A stretch of DNA of 64,000 nucleotides from Psammoneis japonica (taxonomy: Eukaryota): positions 248,001 through 312,000 of the forward strand of contig QPGO01000030.1 of assembly GCA_008632985.1 (NCBI GenBank). Direction: 5' to 3'. This document shows positions 26,540-37,737 of this stretch, in pieces; position 1 is the stretch's first letter; each line of letters begins with the position of its first letter. The notes below the pieces were generated by a model, which had not been told where the DNA came from, did no database searches, and saw nothing but the letters and a program-made list of their open reading frames with translations. The translations under genes and the position numbers were made by a program.

Positions 26540-26990
26540 AAAAAGCATGTCACACAAACTCACTTGTTGTTTGATGTGTTTTTTTTCCAATGTGACTGTT
26601 TCATGTGCAGCTCACAACAAATTCTCTTCATCCAGCAAAGCTCAATGCATTTTTCAACTTGCCATGCCAGCAATCCTGATTCTGCAGCACTTTCAAGCTC
26701 TTCTGAAAAAAGAGTTCCACGCACCCATTGCAGGGAATTTGATGATTTTTTAAGAAGTCCCCCCACAAACTCCAATGTCCTCAATGATCATTCTGTGAAT
26801 CCAAACAATGCATTTGTGCAAACAACACATGCTGTTCCAAAATCTGAGGGACACACTTTCCAATTCGGGCCGACTGCCCAAGGGACACAAAAAGTCTGCA
26901 ATCACCAACCACTGAGTGGTCAATGAAAAAATTTGCTCTCACAGTGCACTGGGCTCTTGACAAAACTTGTTTTTTGAACTCAGCCACAGC
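26540..26990 (-). pseudogene. Relic reading frame of an unknown protein
   Basis: Frame FIDHSVVGDCRLFVSLGQSARIGK..SQNDH*GHWSLWGDFLKNHQIP..FFRRA*KCCRIRIAGMAS*KMH*ALLDEENLL*AAHE is interrupted only by TGA codons that revert to CGA (Arg). Confidence 0.45.
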
Positions 26991-27539
26991 ACAACAGTTG
27001 TGAATTTTGGAGTGTCATTTGTTGGCTGAGTTGTCGAAATCAGCAAAAATCACAATGAATGAAACATGTGGCCAATTTTTGTGCACACACACCAAGTCAA
27101 TCCAGTTGTTGTTGTGTGTGGGTTTGAGCATGCTGACAATTTGAGCCATCCATTTGTCAGTTGGTGTGCATTTGTTTTTTGGTTTCCAGCGATGTTTGCT
27201 TTGTGCTGTGGCAATGTTCGATGTTTGGCACATGCTCTTGGCTCCTGCTCTTGTTCCAGTCTGTCTTTCTGCTGCCTTTGAACTCTCTGTTCTTCAAGCC
27301 ACTGCCCTGCTGTCTGTCTCATTGTCTCTTGCAGTCTGTCCAACATCTCACTGTTCTTGGCTGTGCTGGCATTGCGCTGTGCTCCAATCTTTGTGTTTCA
27401 AAGAGAGTCAGTTTTTGTGGCAGCTTTTGATGGTGAGACATGAAAGCAAAATCTCTGGCAAAAGACAGCAGAGAAGTTGTCAACTTCTTGGCATGTTTTC
27501 TTTGGCAAGTGTTGCACAATGCTGCTGCTTGCTTCTGCT

Positions 27540-28318
27540 CATGCATGTTGTGCTCTGTTTTGGCTGTGGCAGTGGATTTCTGCTGGCAAACACCAAATCA
27601 TGTCTGCTGTCTGTGCAGCTCTTCCTTGTTGCTCTGTGAACATGTCAGTTTTGCCTCTTGCAGGAGATTGCAGGGGGGTGTTCAGATGCCATGCTTGCAC
27701 AAGTGCTGGCATCAATGGCTTGCTTGTTGGAGAGAAGGAGGAGCATTTCTTGCACACCCAACTCCACAGCCCAGACTGTGTGAGTGGCAGTTGTGAGCAA
27801 GGCTTTGGTGAAAGAAACTCATTCAACATGGAGACTTTGTGCAAAGGTCAGCAGCACACAAACAATTGATGCTGCACTGCAACAATTGCATTGTCAACAA
27901 GATTGGCACTGGAAAGGCTCAATCTTTTGACAACATCTCATGACAGGAAAGCTGAACAAGGCTGCAAGCCTCCAAAAATTGTGCCGTTTGCAGTCAATGA
28001 AGTTCAGCTGCACATCATTTCTGGCTTGCATCTCAGCCAACCCTCCTGTGAGATCTGTTTGTGCTTGAACTTAAGACCAAAATGAAACAGAAGAAGGCTT
28101 GCCCATTCATCACAGCTTGTCATTGCTTCCAACAAAGAGAATCTTGTTTGAAGAATGCCGCCGCAAATTTCTCCATTCTCCTCCTCAAGCCTTTTTGCCA
28201 CTGCCAAACAACTCTGCATTTCTGGCTTCTTGCCCCATGCATTGCTTTTTAAAGTTTTGTTCGCCAGCCAACACTCAGGAATCAAAACTTTGAAAGGGCA
28301 GTTCTGGAGATTGGAAAT
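27540..28318 (-). repeat. Left arm of a ~770-bp inverted duplication (partner ~30034-30800)
   Basis: e.g. ttgtcaacaagattggcactggaaaggctcaatcttttgacaa (27891) is the reverse complement of ~30406-30448; similarity is continuous over the whole arm. Confidence 0.93.
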
Positions 28319-29109
28319 TGTCTGACCTTCAATGAGTGAAAAAGCACAAAAAATGGCACCAGTTTTTTTTTTGTTTGCCACAAGCTGCTTGCTCCCATGC
28401 CACACCTCTGACCTGTTGCCTTTGCCACAGCATTTCTTTGTTGGTGGGTGCAGAGTCCTGTGTGTCATTGGCGCCTTTCTGCAATGTTTTCATTGGTTGT
28501 TTGTGCACTGCTTGGATGCATCCTGTGTTTTTGTGTTGTGTGACAGTGACATGCCTTTGTGCCACATGGAGCCAAGCCAGTTGGCCTGGTGGCAACCATC
28601 GTCTGTGCCATTTTGCAAGCCATTTTCTACAAAAAGACTTTGTTGTGTGTGTGTGCATTTTTGAAGTTTGAGTCAACTTTTAACAAGTCATTTTGTTGGT
28701 CTTCATTGCCTGCGCACCTCACTTGTGAGTTGTCATTTGTTCAGCAGCTGGATGTTCAACATTGTTTGCATCAGATGCAGTGTGTCTGTTTGCAAAGAAG
28801 ATTTGTGTCTCAGTTTTTGTGATTTTGGTCAGCTCTTCTGTTGAGAATGAAACTTTGACATTTGTGCTGGTCTGCACAGTTTGTTTGTGTTTGTGCAGGG
28901 TTGCTGTTGCAGCTGGTCTTTGCAACCGCAGCTGATCCACACATGCACAACAACAACAACCCACCCCCATGGTGCTGGATGTGTGCCTGCAAAGAGCCAG
29001 AGCAGCATCGCCCAGCAGAGACATGAGGGCATTGCAGCTGCAGCACCTCCTCCTCCCCTGCAAGCAGCTGCCCACGCCATTGTGGTTTTGTCCCCAGCAG
29101 GTCAGTGGA

Positions 29110-30050
29110 GACTTGAACTTCCCAACTTCAGAGCAAAGTGACCTCATGGACTGATGGCACCAACCAAGAACCCAACAAGCAACAGTCAGCAGGCTGAGCA
29201 CTGGCAGTGTCTGGCAGACCTCAGGCAACACTCTGAGAACTGTGTGGTCAAGCATTGAGCAGAGTGAAAGGCCAGTGATGTGCACTTGTGGGGCCCTTTT
29301 ACATCCTCCTGCTGGCTAGAAGTGCACTTCAAACTCCCAAATCCAGAGAGAAAGGACCCCATGAAAGTGCCAGCCAACCTCACAACTGCCAGCAGATGGC
29401 ATTGGTGGTCTTTGGTGGGCCCCAAGTGAGACTTCAAGAGCTGTGGTTGGGCGCTGCAAGGTTGATCTCATGGCATTGTGGCCCCATGTCATGTTGTGCC
29501 CAACAGCAGGAGCAAACTTGAACTTCCAAGCTCCAGAGTCCAAGGACCCCATGACAGTGCCAGCCAACCTGAGAACTGCCAGCAGAGGGCATTGGTGGTT
29601 TTTGGTGAGCCCCAGGCAAGACTTTGCCAACTGTGTGGCCAGACATTGCAAGGTTTGTCTTGAAGTGCTGTGGCCCCAAACAATGTCACATTGTGCCCAA
29701 CAGTGGCAGACTTGAACTTCCAAACTCCAAAGTCTGAGGACCCCATGATGCTGGTGCCAACCAACCTGACAGCTGACAGCAGAGGGCATCAGTGGTCTTT
29801 GGTGGGTCCACTTGCAACTTTGAGAACTGTGACTGGGCATTGCAAGGTTGATCTTGCAGTGTTGTGACCCCATGTCACCTTGTTGGCCTTTCCAGCAGAA
29901 GCAGACTTGAGCTTCCAAACTTCAGAGTGCAGGGAAGCCAAGATGGCATCAGCCAACCTGACAACTTCCAGCACAGGGCATTGGCAGCCTTTGGTGCACC
30001 CCAGGGGTTGTCTCCAACAGAAGCCGACTTGAGTTTCCAAACTCCAGAGC
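29110..30050 (+). repeat. About five degenerate ~190-215-bp tandem units (relic of a ~64-aa protein repeat)
   Basis: Units begin acttgaacttcc-like at ~29111, 29326, 29516, 29709, 29905 and 30027 (partial) and share gaccccatg, gccaacct, cagcagagggcat and tgcaaggttgatct. Confidence 0.85.
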
Positions 30051-30800
30051 TGCCCTTTCAAAGTTTGATTGCTGGGTGTTGGCCAGAGAGCAAAACTTTA
30101 AAAAGCAATGCCTTGGGCATGCCAGAAATGCAGAGTTGTTTGGCAGTGGAAAAACAGCTTGAGGAGGAGAAGTGAGAGTGGCACTCTTCAAACAAGTTTC
30201 TCTTTGTTGGAAGCAATGACAAACTGTGATGAATGGGCAAGCCTTCTTCTGTTTCATTCTGATCTTAAGTTCAAGCAAGAATGGATCTTACAGGAGGGTT
30301 GGCTGAAATGCAAGTCAGAAATGATGTGCAGCTGAACTTCACCAATTGCACACCACCCAAGTTTGGAGGCTTGCAGCCTTGTTCAGCTTTCCTGTCATGA
30401 GACATTGTCAAAAGATTGAGCCTTTCCAGTGCCAATCTTGTTGACAATGCATTTGATGCAATGTGGCATCAATTGCCTGTGCTGCTGACCTTTGCACAAA
30501 GTCTCAATGTCAAAGGAGTTTCTGTTGCCAAAGCCTTCGTTGCAACTGTGCCACCCACGCAGTCTTGGCATGGAGTTGGGTGTGCAAAGAATGCTCTCCC
30601 TTCTCTCCAACAAGCAAACCATTGTTGCCAGCACTTGGACAAGCATGGCATCTGAACAACCCTCTGCAATCTCCTGCAAGAGGCAAAACTGGTGCATTCT
30701 TCACAGAGCAACAAGGAAGAGCCACACAGACAGCAGACATGATTTGGTGTTTGCCAGCAAATGTCCACAGCCACAGCCAAAACAGAGTGCAATGTGCAAG
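30034..30800 (+). repeat. Right arm of the inverted duplication
   Basis: Reverse-complement match to 27540-28318; in frame with the last tandem unit (DLSFQTPELPFQSLIAGCWPESKTLKSNA). Confidence 0.93.
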
Positions 30801-31430
30801 CATGGGCTGAAACAAAAACACAAAATCAAATTGCAACCATGTTGGCCAAGATGACTTGGCACCCCAAAACATGTTTGCAGCAGTTTGTTGTCAACCAACA
30901 GCTGCAAAGTGATGCTGAATGAAGCACAAATTGTGGCCCAGGCTGCAATCTGGGCTGACATTGGAGTTTGTCAAATTTTTGATGTGATGATGAGATCAAA
31001 CTAGTTGATGAGCATTCATGGCAACAGGAAGCATGAGTGGTGGCAGGGATTGAATGATGACACATGGCAGCTGTGGGGGCTGCTCAACATTGTAAATCAA
31101 CTGGGCTCTGGAGTGCAAATTGACATTGGATGGAAGGAAAGGACTCATGTCTGCAGTGGTTTTGTGTCTGCCAAAAGGGTTGGGGGGGGGGGGGTCAACG
31201 AGAAGTTCATTTTGAAAAGAGAGTCCTCTTTTCATTGTTGTCAGTCATGTGACAAGGACATGATGGAGTGTGACAGGGGTCCACTGTTGTCACACAAACA
31301 GTGGATCAGCAGCTGAGTTGTGTGGTGCTCAATGCAACAAAGAGCAGACAAATGCAGCAGAAACACATGAAATGCATGCAACAGGCAATTGAGCCAAAGC
31401 TCTTCTAAACAAATGACTCAGCTGTGAACA

Positions 31431-33383
31431 TGTTGGAACATTGGGTCAGAGGCAGTTTTTGTTGTGTGGACAGACAGAGCTGCAGTGTAAGATGCACTGA
31501 CAATGGTGGACAACATGGCAAGTTTGCACTCACAACTTGGATTGAGTTGCAGGTCTTGCACTTGCTTTTCAGCTTCTGCACCCAGTTGACATTGCAATGG
31601 CAGCTGGTGACATCAGTTGATGTGTTTGCAAACTGCACAATGAGTCAGGAGCAAGACTGAACATGCACCAGTCAGCAGGCTGCAAAACTCCAACACACAA
31701 GCCAAAAAGTCATGCGCAACACTCAAAGGAGTGTTGTTGCTGTTCAAGGACTGGGAAGTTGAGAAGAATCCACAATGTGAGTGCTGGGAAGTCAAGAGGA
31801 ATCCACAGACAAATGGGCCACCCAGGAGCGGTCAATGAGAATCCAAATGAAAGAGCCACAAGGTTGACAGGAGTCCAAAGGTGCACCTTGTGTCAGCAGA
31901 TTGCAGCAAACAAGCTGGCTGGAGGAGGGCAAAGAAACAATCTTTGGATGGCCTCCCTGTCAAAGAAGCTGTCAAGGGTTAATGAAAGAGGGCATGGCAA
32001 GGTTGCATTGGGGTTGGCAAGACAGAGTGTGCATCTGTTGGCAAGCTGTAAAACTCCAACGCAAGTCCCAGAAAAGATGGGCAAAGATGCAGCTGAGTGC
32101 GGAAGCACAAAAGAGTTGAAAGAGTGGGTGCACGATGCCATGACGAGTTAGGAAGAGCAGATGGATGCACAGAAACTGTGAAAAAGATTGGTGAGTGTGT
32201 TGGAAGAGTGTTTGGGCTGGACATGCAGGTGTTGGTGTCTCTGGCCTGAGGCAGCACAACATGCCAGGAGAGCTGGTTTGTTCATTGCTGGGAGACACCC
32301 CACATCAGAGAAGGATGAGGTGATCTGGGGCAAGAAGCACAACCACCATGTGGAGCAGAGTTCAATGTGCAAGACACAGAAGGCAAAGGTGTTCAATGCA
32401 ATTGTGTGGGGCAATTTGCAAAGGCCATTCATCACAAGCTTGAAGAAGGAGTGGCAGAGTTTGCAAGAATTGCACAGGAGTGAGACATGATGACAACACT
32501 GCTGAGTGTTCTCAAGTCAATGTTGTTTGACACAAATGAGAAGACAAACTTGCATGTCCAGGTGGTCAAGGCTTGGAAGCAATTGGTGCTCATTTGTCAA
32601 GACAAAGGAGAAGTGCTTCAAGAATGTCACAATTGTTTCATGAGCATGGTTGAAATGGTGGAAACACATCCTGTGTGGCAGGTCATTCCAGAAGAGGTTG
32701 CCAAGAAAGAAAACGGGTTCAGCAAGGGTGCTGATGACACCCAGAGTGAAGAGAAAACAAGTCATTGGCAGTGATGCCAATGGAAGGTGCCAACAATTGT
32801 TGGCATGTTTTGAAAGACCTGGATCAGCAGCTCACATTGGGGGTTGACTCATGCCCCAATTCAGACAAGGAGGCGCTGCAGGTGTTGGACACTTGTGGGA
32901 CCAACAAGAAACCTGAGGGCATGAGCTTTGTGCAGAATGACAAGAAGAAGGTTCCATGCTGGAATTGCAACAAAGTCAGAGATGTGAGGAAAGATTGTCC
33001 TGACACCAGTGATCATTCATTGGTTGAGCCAGATGATGTGGGCCATGGGAGTCAACAAAAAAAGGCCATGCAGTGTTGGGTGGGGTGGTTTCTCTTGTGC
33101 TTGATGTGCATGAGGTCAATCAATTGACAACTTGTGGGAAGGAGTGTGTTGGAACATCAGGGTTGGAGGTGGTTTTCATCACATGGATGGAAAGAGTTGC
33201 AGTGTGAGATGCATTGATGATTGTGGACAATGTGGCAAGTTTGCGCTCATCATTTGGATTGAGCTGCACAGGTCTTGTGCTCACTTTTGGCTTCTGCACC
33301 CAGTTGACACTGCAGCAGTTGATGTGTTTGCAGACCACATGGTGAGTCAGGAGATGGCAAGACTGGGTGCACACCGGTTGGCA
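31431..33383 (+). mobile_element. Decayed gag-only (non-autonomous) LTR retroelement
   Basis: Direct repeats 31431-31677 and 33147-33383 (both TGTTGGAACAT...GCA). Purine tract gggaaggag before the right repeat. Internal Gag relic QDKGEVLQECHNCFMSMVEMVE, LGVDSCP..ALQVLDTC and knuckle CWNCNKVRDVRKDCP. No pol and no recognisable TSD. Confidence 0.8.
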
Positions 33384-34399
33384 AGCCATGAATCCTCAAC
33401 AGAGCACCTTCAAAATTTCTGCCAATGCCTGTGCTCAGAACTCACAAAAAAAACATTAGACAGTGGTGCAAATGCCACATTCATTGAATGCAGTGGAGGC
33501 AGTCTGGTGCCCAAATCTCTTTACAACAAGATTGTCTTGGTGCCATGGTTGACAAGCATGCAAAGAGACTCGTGCACTGGGCCAATCTTTTCAGAGGAAC
33601 AATGGCGTGTCTGTTGTTGTTGCACTTTTTGCACACAGTGAGCACAAGACATGCATGGGTGAATGTGTCGTGGAACTTTGAAAAAGTGGGTGCATGAATT
33701 TTCTGCCCACCCACCCAAAATCAACTGCTGTCTGAGTGTGCAGCATGCCTTCTGCTGGCTGGCACTTTTCCAATGACAAGTGCACAAACTCAAAAACCAT
33801 CAACAGCAAAAATGGCACTCATCTGTGCAATGCTCATTTCAAAGACAATCATTTCACCACCGCTGACAGCCCCCATCCAAAATTGTGGCATTTTGGCAAG
33901 AAAGCTGAGTGTGTTGTGAGTTGCAGTTGTGTGTCTCATGGTGCAGCGGCATGTTTTTGGTGGTTTTGGTGTTGTTGCCTCTCCCTCTTGTCTTGCTCAC
34001 AGTCATCTGTCTCATCATGTTCTGGAGCAAGGTGGCAACATTCTACAATTCGAGATGTTGGTGCTTCACAAGTGAGTTGGATTGCTTCATGGACTGTGGG
34101 GGCACACTCAGTGACCAGCACTGCCAGTCATGATTTGGCTGGGGAGGATGCAGAGGAACTGCTTCATGTCAATTGTGCATGACAGCCAGTGTTGGAACAT
34201 CAAGTTGAGAACCCAGATGCTTGGAGAGCTGTGCCATTGTCAATGTCCCCAAGATTTGTTTTGTGTTTTGTTCTCACTCTTTTGAGTGAATCATCTGATT
34301 TGCATGAATTGCATCATGGTGTCAGCAGGCACCCATTTCACATTGCAAGTTTGAAGTTTTGTTGAGAATTTCTGGCAAAACTGCAGCTGCCTGAGCAAC

Positions 34400-35290
34400 C
34401 AGGGCAAGTGCAACAAGCAGCAGAGGAAGCCTTGGGATTCTCTTTTGGCAACATTGGCTTGCTGGCTCAACAGCTGGACTTGGAACTCTTCAACAAAACA
34501 ATCTGGGTTGGCCCACATGTGACAACTTGGACACTGACATTGTGCATCTGATTCATTTGTTTGTGCACCCTCACAGTTGAGTGTTGACCAACCTTGCACT
34601 CATGAGCACCCTCATTGTTGGGTGTGTTGGAGCCACATTCATGTCATTTGTGTGCAACGGCTGGACTTGGAAATTGACAAAAACACCTGGATTGGCTTTT
34701 GTGCAACAATTTTGAGCCCTTGTTGTGTGTTGAATTATGTGGTCACATGTCCATGTGGTTGAGTGTGATCAATCTTGCACTCATCTGTGCTGTTGGGTTT
34801 GCTGGGTGCACCCCTGCATTGTTTGTGCACAACGGCCACCAGACTTGGAAATTGACAAAAACACCTTCATTGGCTTTCATGCGCTGATTTTGGGCCATGG
34901 TCATTTGCACAATTTGTTTGGTCACCATGCATCCTCAGAGTTGAGTGTTGTGGTCAATCTTGCATGCCCATGTTGTTGGGCATGATGTTGGATTCACCAT
35001 TGATGGCCTCTGCTCAGAGCCAACAAAACCTGGCTTGGCTTTTTGTGCAGCATTTTGGACTTGCCGCTGTGTTTGGTGGTTTGATTCATTGGGCTGTGTG
35101 TCCTTGCAATTGAGTGTGATCAATCTCACCCTCACCCTCATTGGTGGGCTGGCCAGAACCGCTTTTGTGTCAATTTTGCATGACGGCTCTGCTTGGAACT
35201 CAACAATGAAGCCTGGAGTGGCTCTTGTGCAACAATTTTGGACTGCAATTTGTGTGTTTGGTTCATTTGGTCATGCATCCTTGCAGTTGA
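34400..35290 (-). repeat. About five degenerate ~170-185-bp tandem units (relic of a ~58-60-aa protein repeat)
   Basis: Plus-strand unit marker (g/a)ttgagtgt at ~34576, 34758, 34940 and 35110, with gttgag at ~35285; shared gacttggaaattgacaaaaacacct. The minus frame reads LNCKDA*PNEPN..PGFIVEFQ..RVRLITLNCKDTQPNESN. Confidence 0.8.
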
Positions 35291-36399
35291 GCAAGACTTC
35301 AAGAGATTGGTTCAGTGTGCACTTTTGCTCCATTGCTCCACTGGACAACTTTAATTTGTGGCAGTGCCAAAGTGCTGTGTTTGCCACAGTGTTTGCAGCT
35401 TGTTGTCAATCTTGCTGTCTTTTTGGGAGTTTTTGTAATCGGCAAGGTTTGGATGAGCAGCAACACTCAAAAGAGTCTTTGTGGCACCTGCAGTTTGAAT
35501 GTGTTGTTGTGCACAACACAAACCTGCACTCAGATGGCTGGCGCTGTTCAGCTTGTTGAGATGTGGAAAAAGAATTTGAAGTTGACATTGTTGTTGGCAC
35601 AATTCATGGAATCCACATCCTCAATGCTGGCCAAAGGTGCAAATGAACTGCTGCGTCCATGAATGGCAAGCCAGGTGGTGAGCAGCAACACTCCATCCAG
35701 GACATTGTGGTGTCAGTGGCTCAGAACATGTGCACAACCAACATGCACCCACTTTCAAATGTTGCAGATTGGCGTGGAAAACTTGAAATGTCAGAATCAA
35801 GTGACGAGACCTGGAGCTGCAAAGCAATCATGAGCCATGTGCAGTGGGCAGGAATGCAAGGAGAGCAGTGCAGACAGACAAGGGGCTCAAGTTCATGCAT
35901 CACATTCAGCCTTGCACTCCATGGCCTGGCTGTCAAAAGGGCCAAGAAGAAGATTGCAATCTGAGTTTCTTGTCACGCAACAAACCAAATGTGTGGTGCA
36001 CACCCTGCACATCTTGGGAACTGCCAGCTGCAGCCAAAAGGGTGTGCTGGCATCTCAAGTCATTTCAAATGAGGAAATGCTCAAACCAAACACCTGACAA
36101 CAAAAGCCAGCATGCCTGTGCATGCCATGCATGTGATCCCAGTGCCTTGTCACAGCATGTGCACCTGGTTGGCAAGGATTGTGTCTGGGGCCATTCTCAG
36201 GGGTGCAAACCATGCTCCTCTTGGTGATTTCACAAGGCAATCTCTTGACAAACAAACACAGAGGTGCCTCTGCCAGCTTTGGCAAAATGGCTCACCTTTG
36301 CTCAAATGCCTTTCATGTCAGGATCACCAACAAGAAATGCCACAACAGCTTTGGGGCGACCCCAGGGTGGTGGTGTGCGAATGACCTTTTTGAGGTGTT

Positions 36400-37215
36400 T
36401 CTCAAGAGATCCAAAGCACCAACATCACACCATTGGCCCGTTGGCAGTGACAAAATTGCAAGCTGGGTGGGTGTTTGAGGCACTGTGGCCATGACCCAGA
36501 GAAGAGGAAAATGGGAACGGCGGCTTCTCTCCCCTCTGTTGTTTTCATGAACTCTTGCCTTTTGAGCTCAACCGCCATGAAAGAAACCAGTTGACACAAA
36601 ACTGCAGCAGACTCTCTCCACAGTGGCAGCATGAGCTGCTTTGCAAAAAGAGGAGCTCCACTCAGCAAAGTGGACCTGAGTTCAATGTTGATCATGGGAT
36701 CCTGTCTGTGCCACATGCGACGGCTTGGGGCCAAAGCTTGAAATGAGACAGCTTCTTGTTTGAAAACCAAGAAAGAGTTGCGCCAGAATGGCAGCACCTC
36801 TTTGAAAAGAAGATTCAACCAGCTGTCTCTTCTTGACCTGGCATGGATTCTTGACCCACATCAAAATGCTTGCAGTTTTTTGAGCTGAGTTTTCTCCACA
36901 TGGAGGAGCAGGCACACACTCGTTTGCATGGGAGGAGAGCTGCTCACAAATCACAGCACTGGCAGAGCCTTGCTTTGGAAATGGAGGTGCTGCGCAGCAC
37001 CTGTCAAGAAGGTGAGAGTGCCCTCACATTGTAAAACTGTGCACTCATTTTTGTGGTGCAGATCTCTCAAACTTAACTTCTTTGGACAAGCCAGCACCAA
37101 GCAACTCTCTGGCAGCAGTCGTTGGGCATTTCCACCTGCACTTTGGGCGGGGTCAGTCATTTCAAGTGTCACTCCAAACCTCTGTGCTCATGGGGTCACT
37201 GCACTGGGTGCATCA
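36400..37215 (-). pseudogene. Relic gene of unknown function at the right edge of the hypermutated domain
   Basis: Protein-like ORF fragments 36951-37172 and 36402-36818, downstream of a CT-rich leader and a CpG-intact promoter-like segment (37320-37456). Confidence 0.4.
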
Positions 37216-37461
37216 TCTGGAACGCGACCAGCTGAAGATCTCAGAACAGAAAGATCTTGCCTTTCGTTCATTTCACTCTCTAACTCTACTTTCTTCACGC
37301 CACGAACACAGGCAGCAGGCTAAACTAAAGGATTTCAGATTGTTCGCCAAGTGAGTCTAATGATCTGAAATGACGATGCTGTGACGTGTTCGTGACGTCG
37401 ACCGACCTTCAACTCGCACGCGCACGCGACACGCGACGCACTCACCGCATCCACCAAGTAG

Positions 37462-37715
37462 TGTGAGCTAACAGTTTAATTAGAACTAAGTCGACAACTA
37501 GCCTTGTGATGAACACAGATAAACTGGTTGTGATTGCTTTGAATTTTGAAAAGGTGAGAAGACGAACGTCTCAACAAGTGTTTTCCAATAAGTGTTTGAG
37601 ATGTCTTCAACAATTTGGGGGCCGTACGTGTGAACAATTTGGGGCCATAGAAATCGAACATTGACAATCGAATGTCGTAGATGTCGCGAGGCATAAATAG
37701 ACGTCAACAGTCACA
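37462..37715 (-). repeat. 3' LTR
   Basis: 245/254 identical to 43383-43636 by manual alignment; contains an internal repeat aacaatttgggg(g)cc twice. Confidence 0.97.
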
Positions 37716-37726
37716 CTCCCTCATTC
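37716..37726 (-). other. Polypurine tract
   Basis: Minus strand GAATGAGGGAG immediately precedes the TG of the 3' LTR. Confidence 0.8.
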
Positions 37727-37737
37727 GATGAGATGGG

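Larger units (their letters stand above)
25900..37300. other. Hypermutated heterochromatin-like domain depleted of CpG and TpA and enriched in TpG/CpA
   Basis: By eye only about 25 TA dinucleotides between 26100 and 37100, and very few CG, versus abundant TA and CG in both flanks. Six-frame translations are rich in Cys/His/Trp/Gln, almost lack Tyr, and stop mainly at TGA. Confidence 0.95.

Noticed and set aside
26825..26870. Kinase-like KVCPSDFGTA on the minus strand
   Set aside because: No HRD or other kinase motifs nearby; another frame gives a longer coherent relic.
29110..30050. CRISPR-like array
   Set aside because: Whole units are homologous, with no unique spacers and no cas genes; eukaryotic context.
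31182..31194. Poly-G run (and poly-C at 47301-47311)
   Set aside because: Isolated homopolymers of unreliable length with no supporting structure.
25900..37300. Dozens of overlapping Cys/His/Trp-rich ORFs as real genes or metal-binding proteins
   Set aside because: By-product of TA loss (no TAA/TAG stops) and TG/CA excess.
25900..37300. Classical fungal RIP or foreign DNA as the explanation of the domain
   Set aside because: RIP enriches TA; here TA is lost. Internal repeat pairs and Gag codons show mutation in place.
37332..37371. Short inverted repeat atttcagat...atctgaaat
   Set aside because: Only 9-bp arms in a single copy; could be chance.
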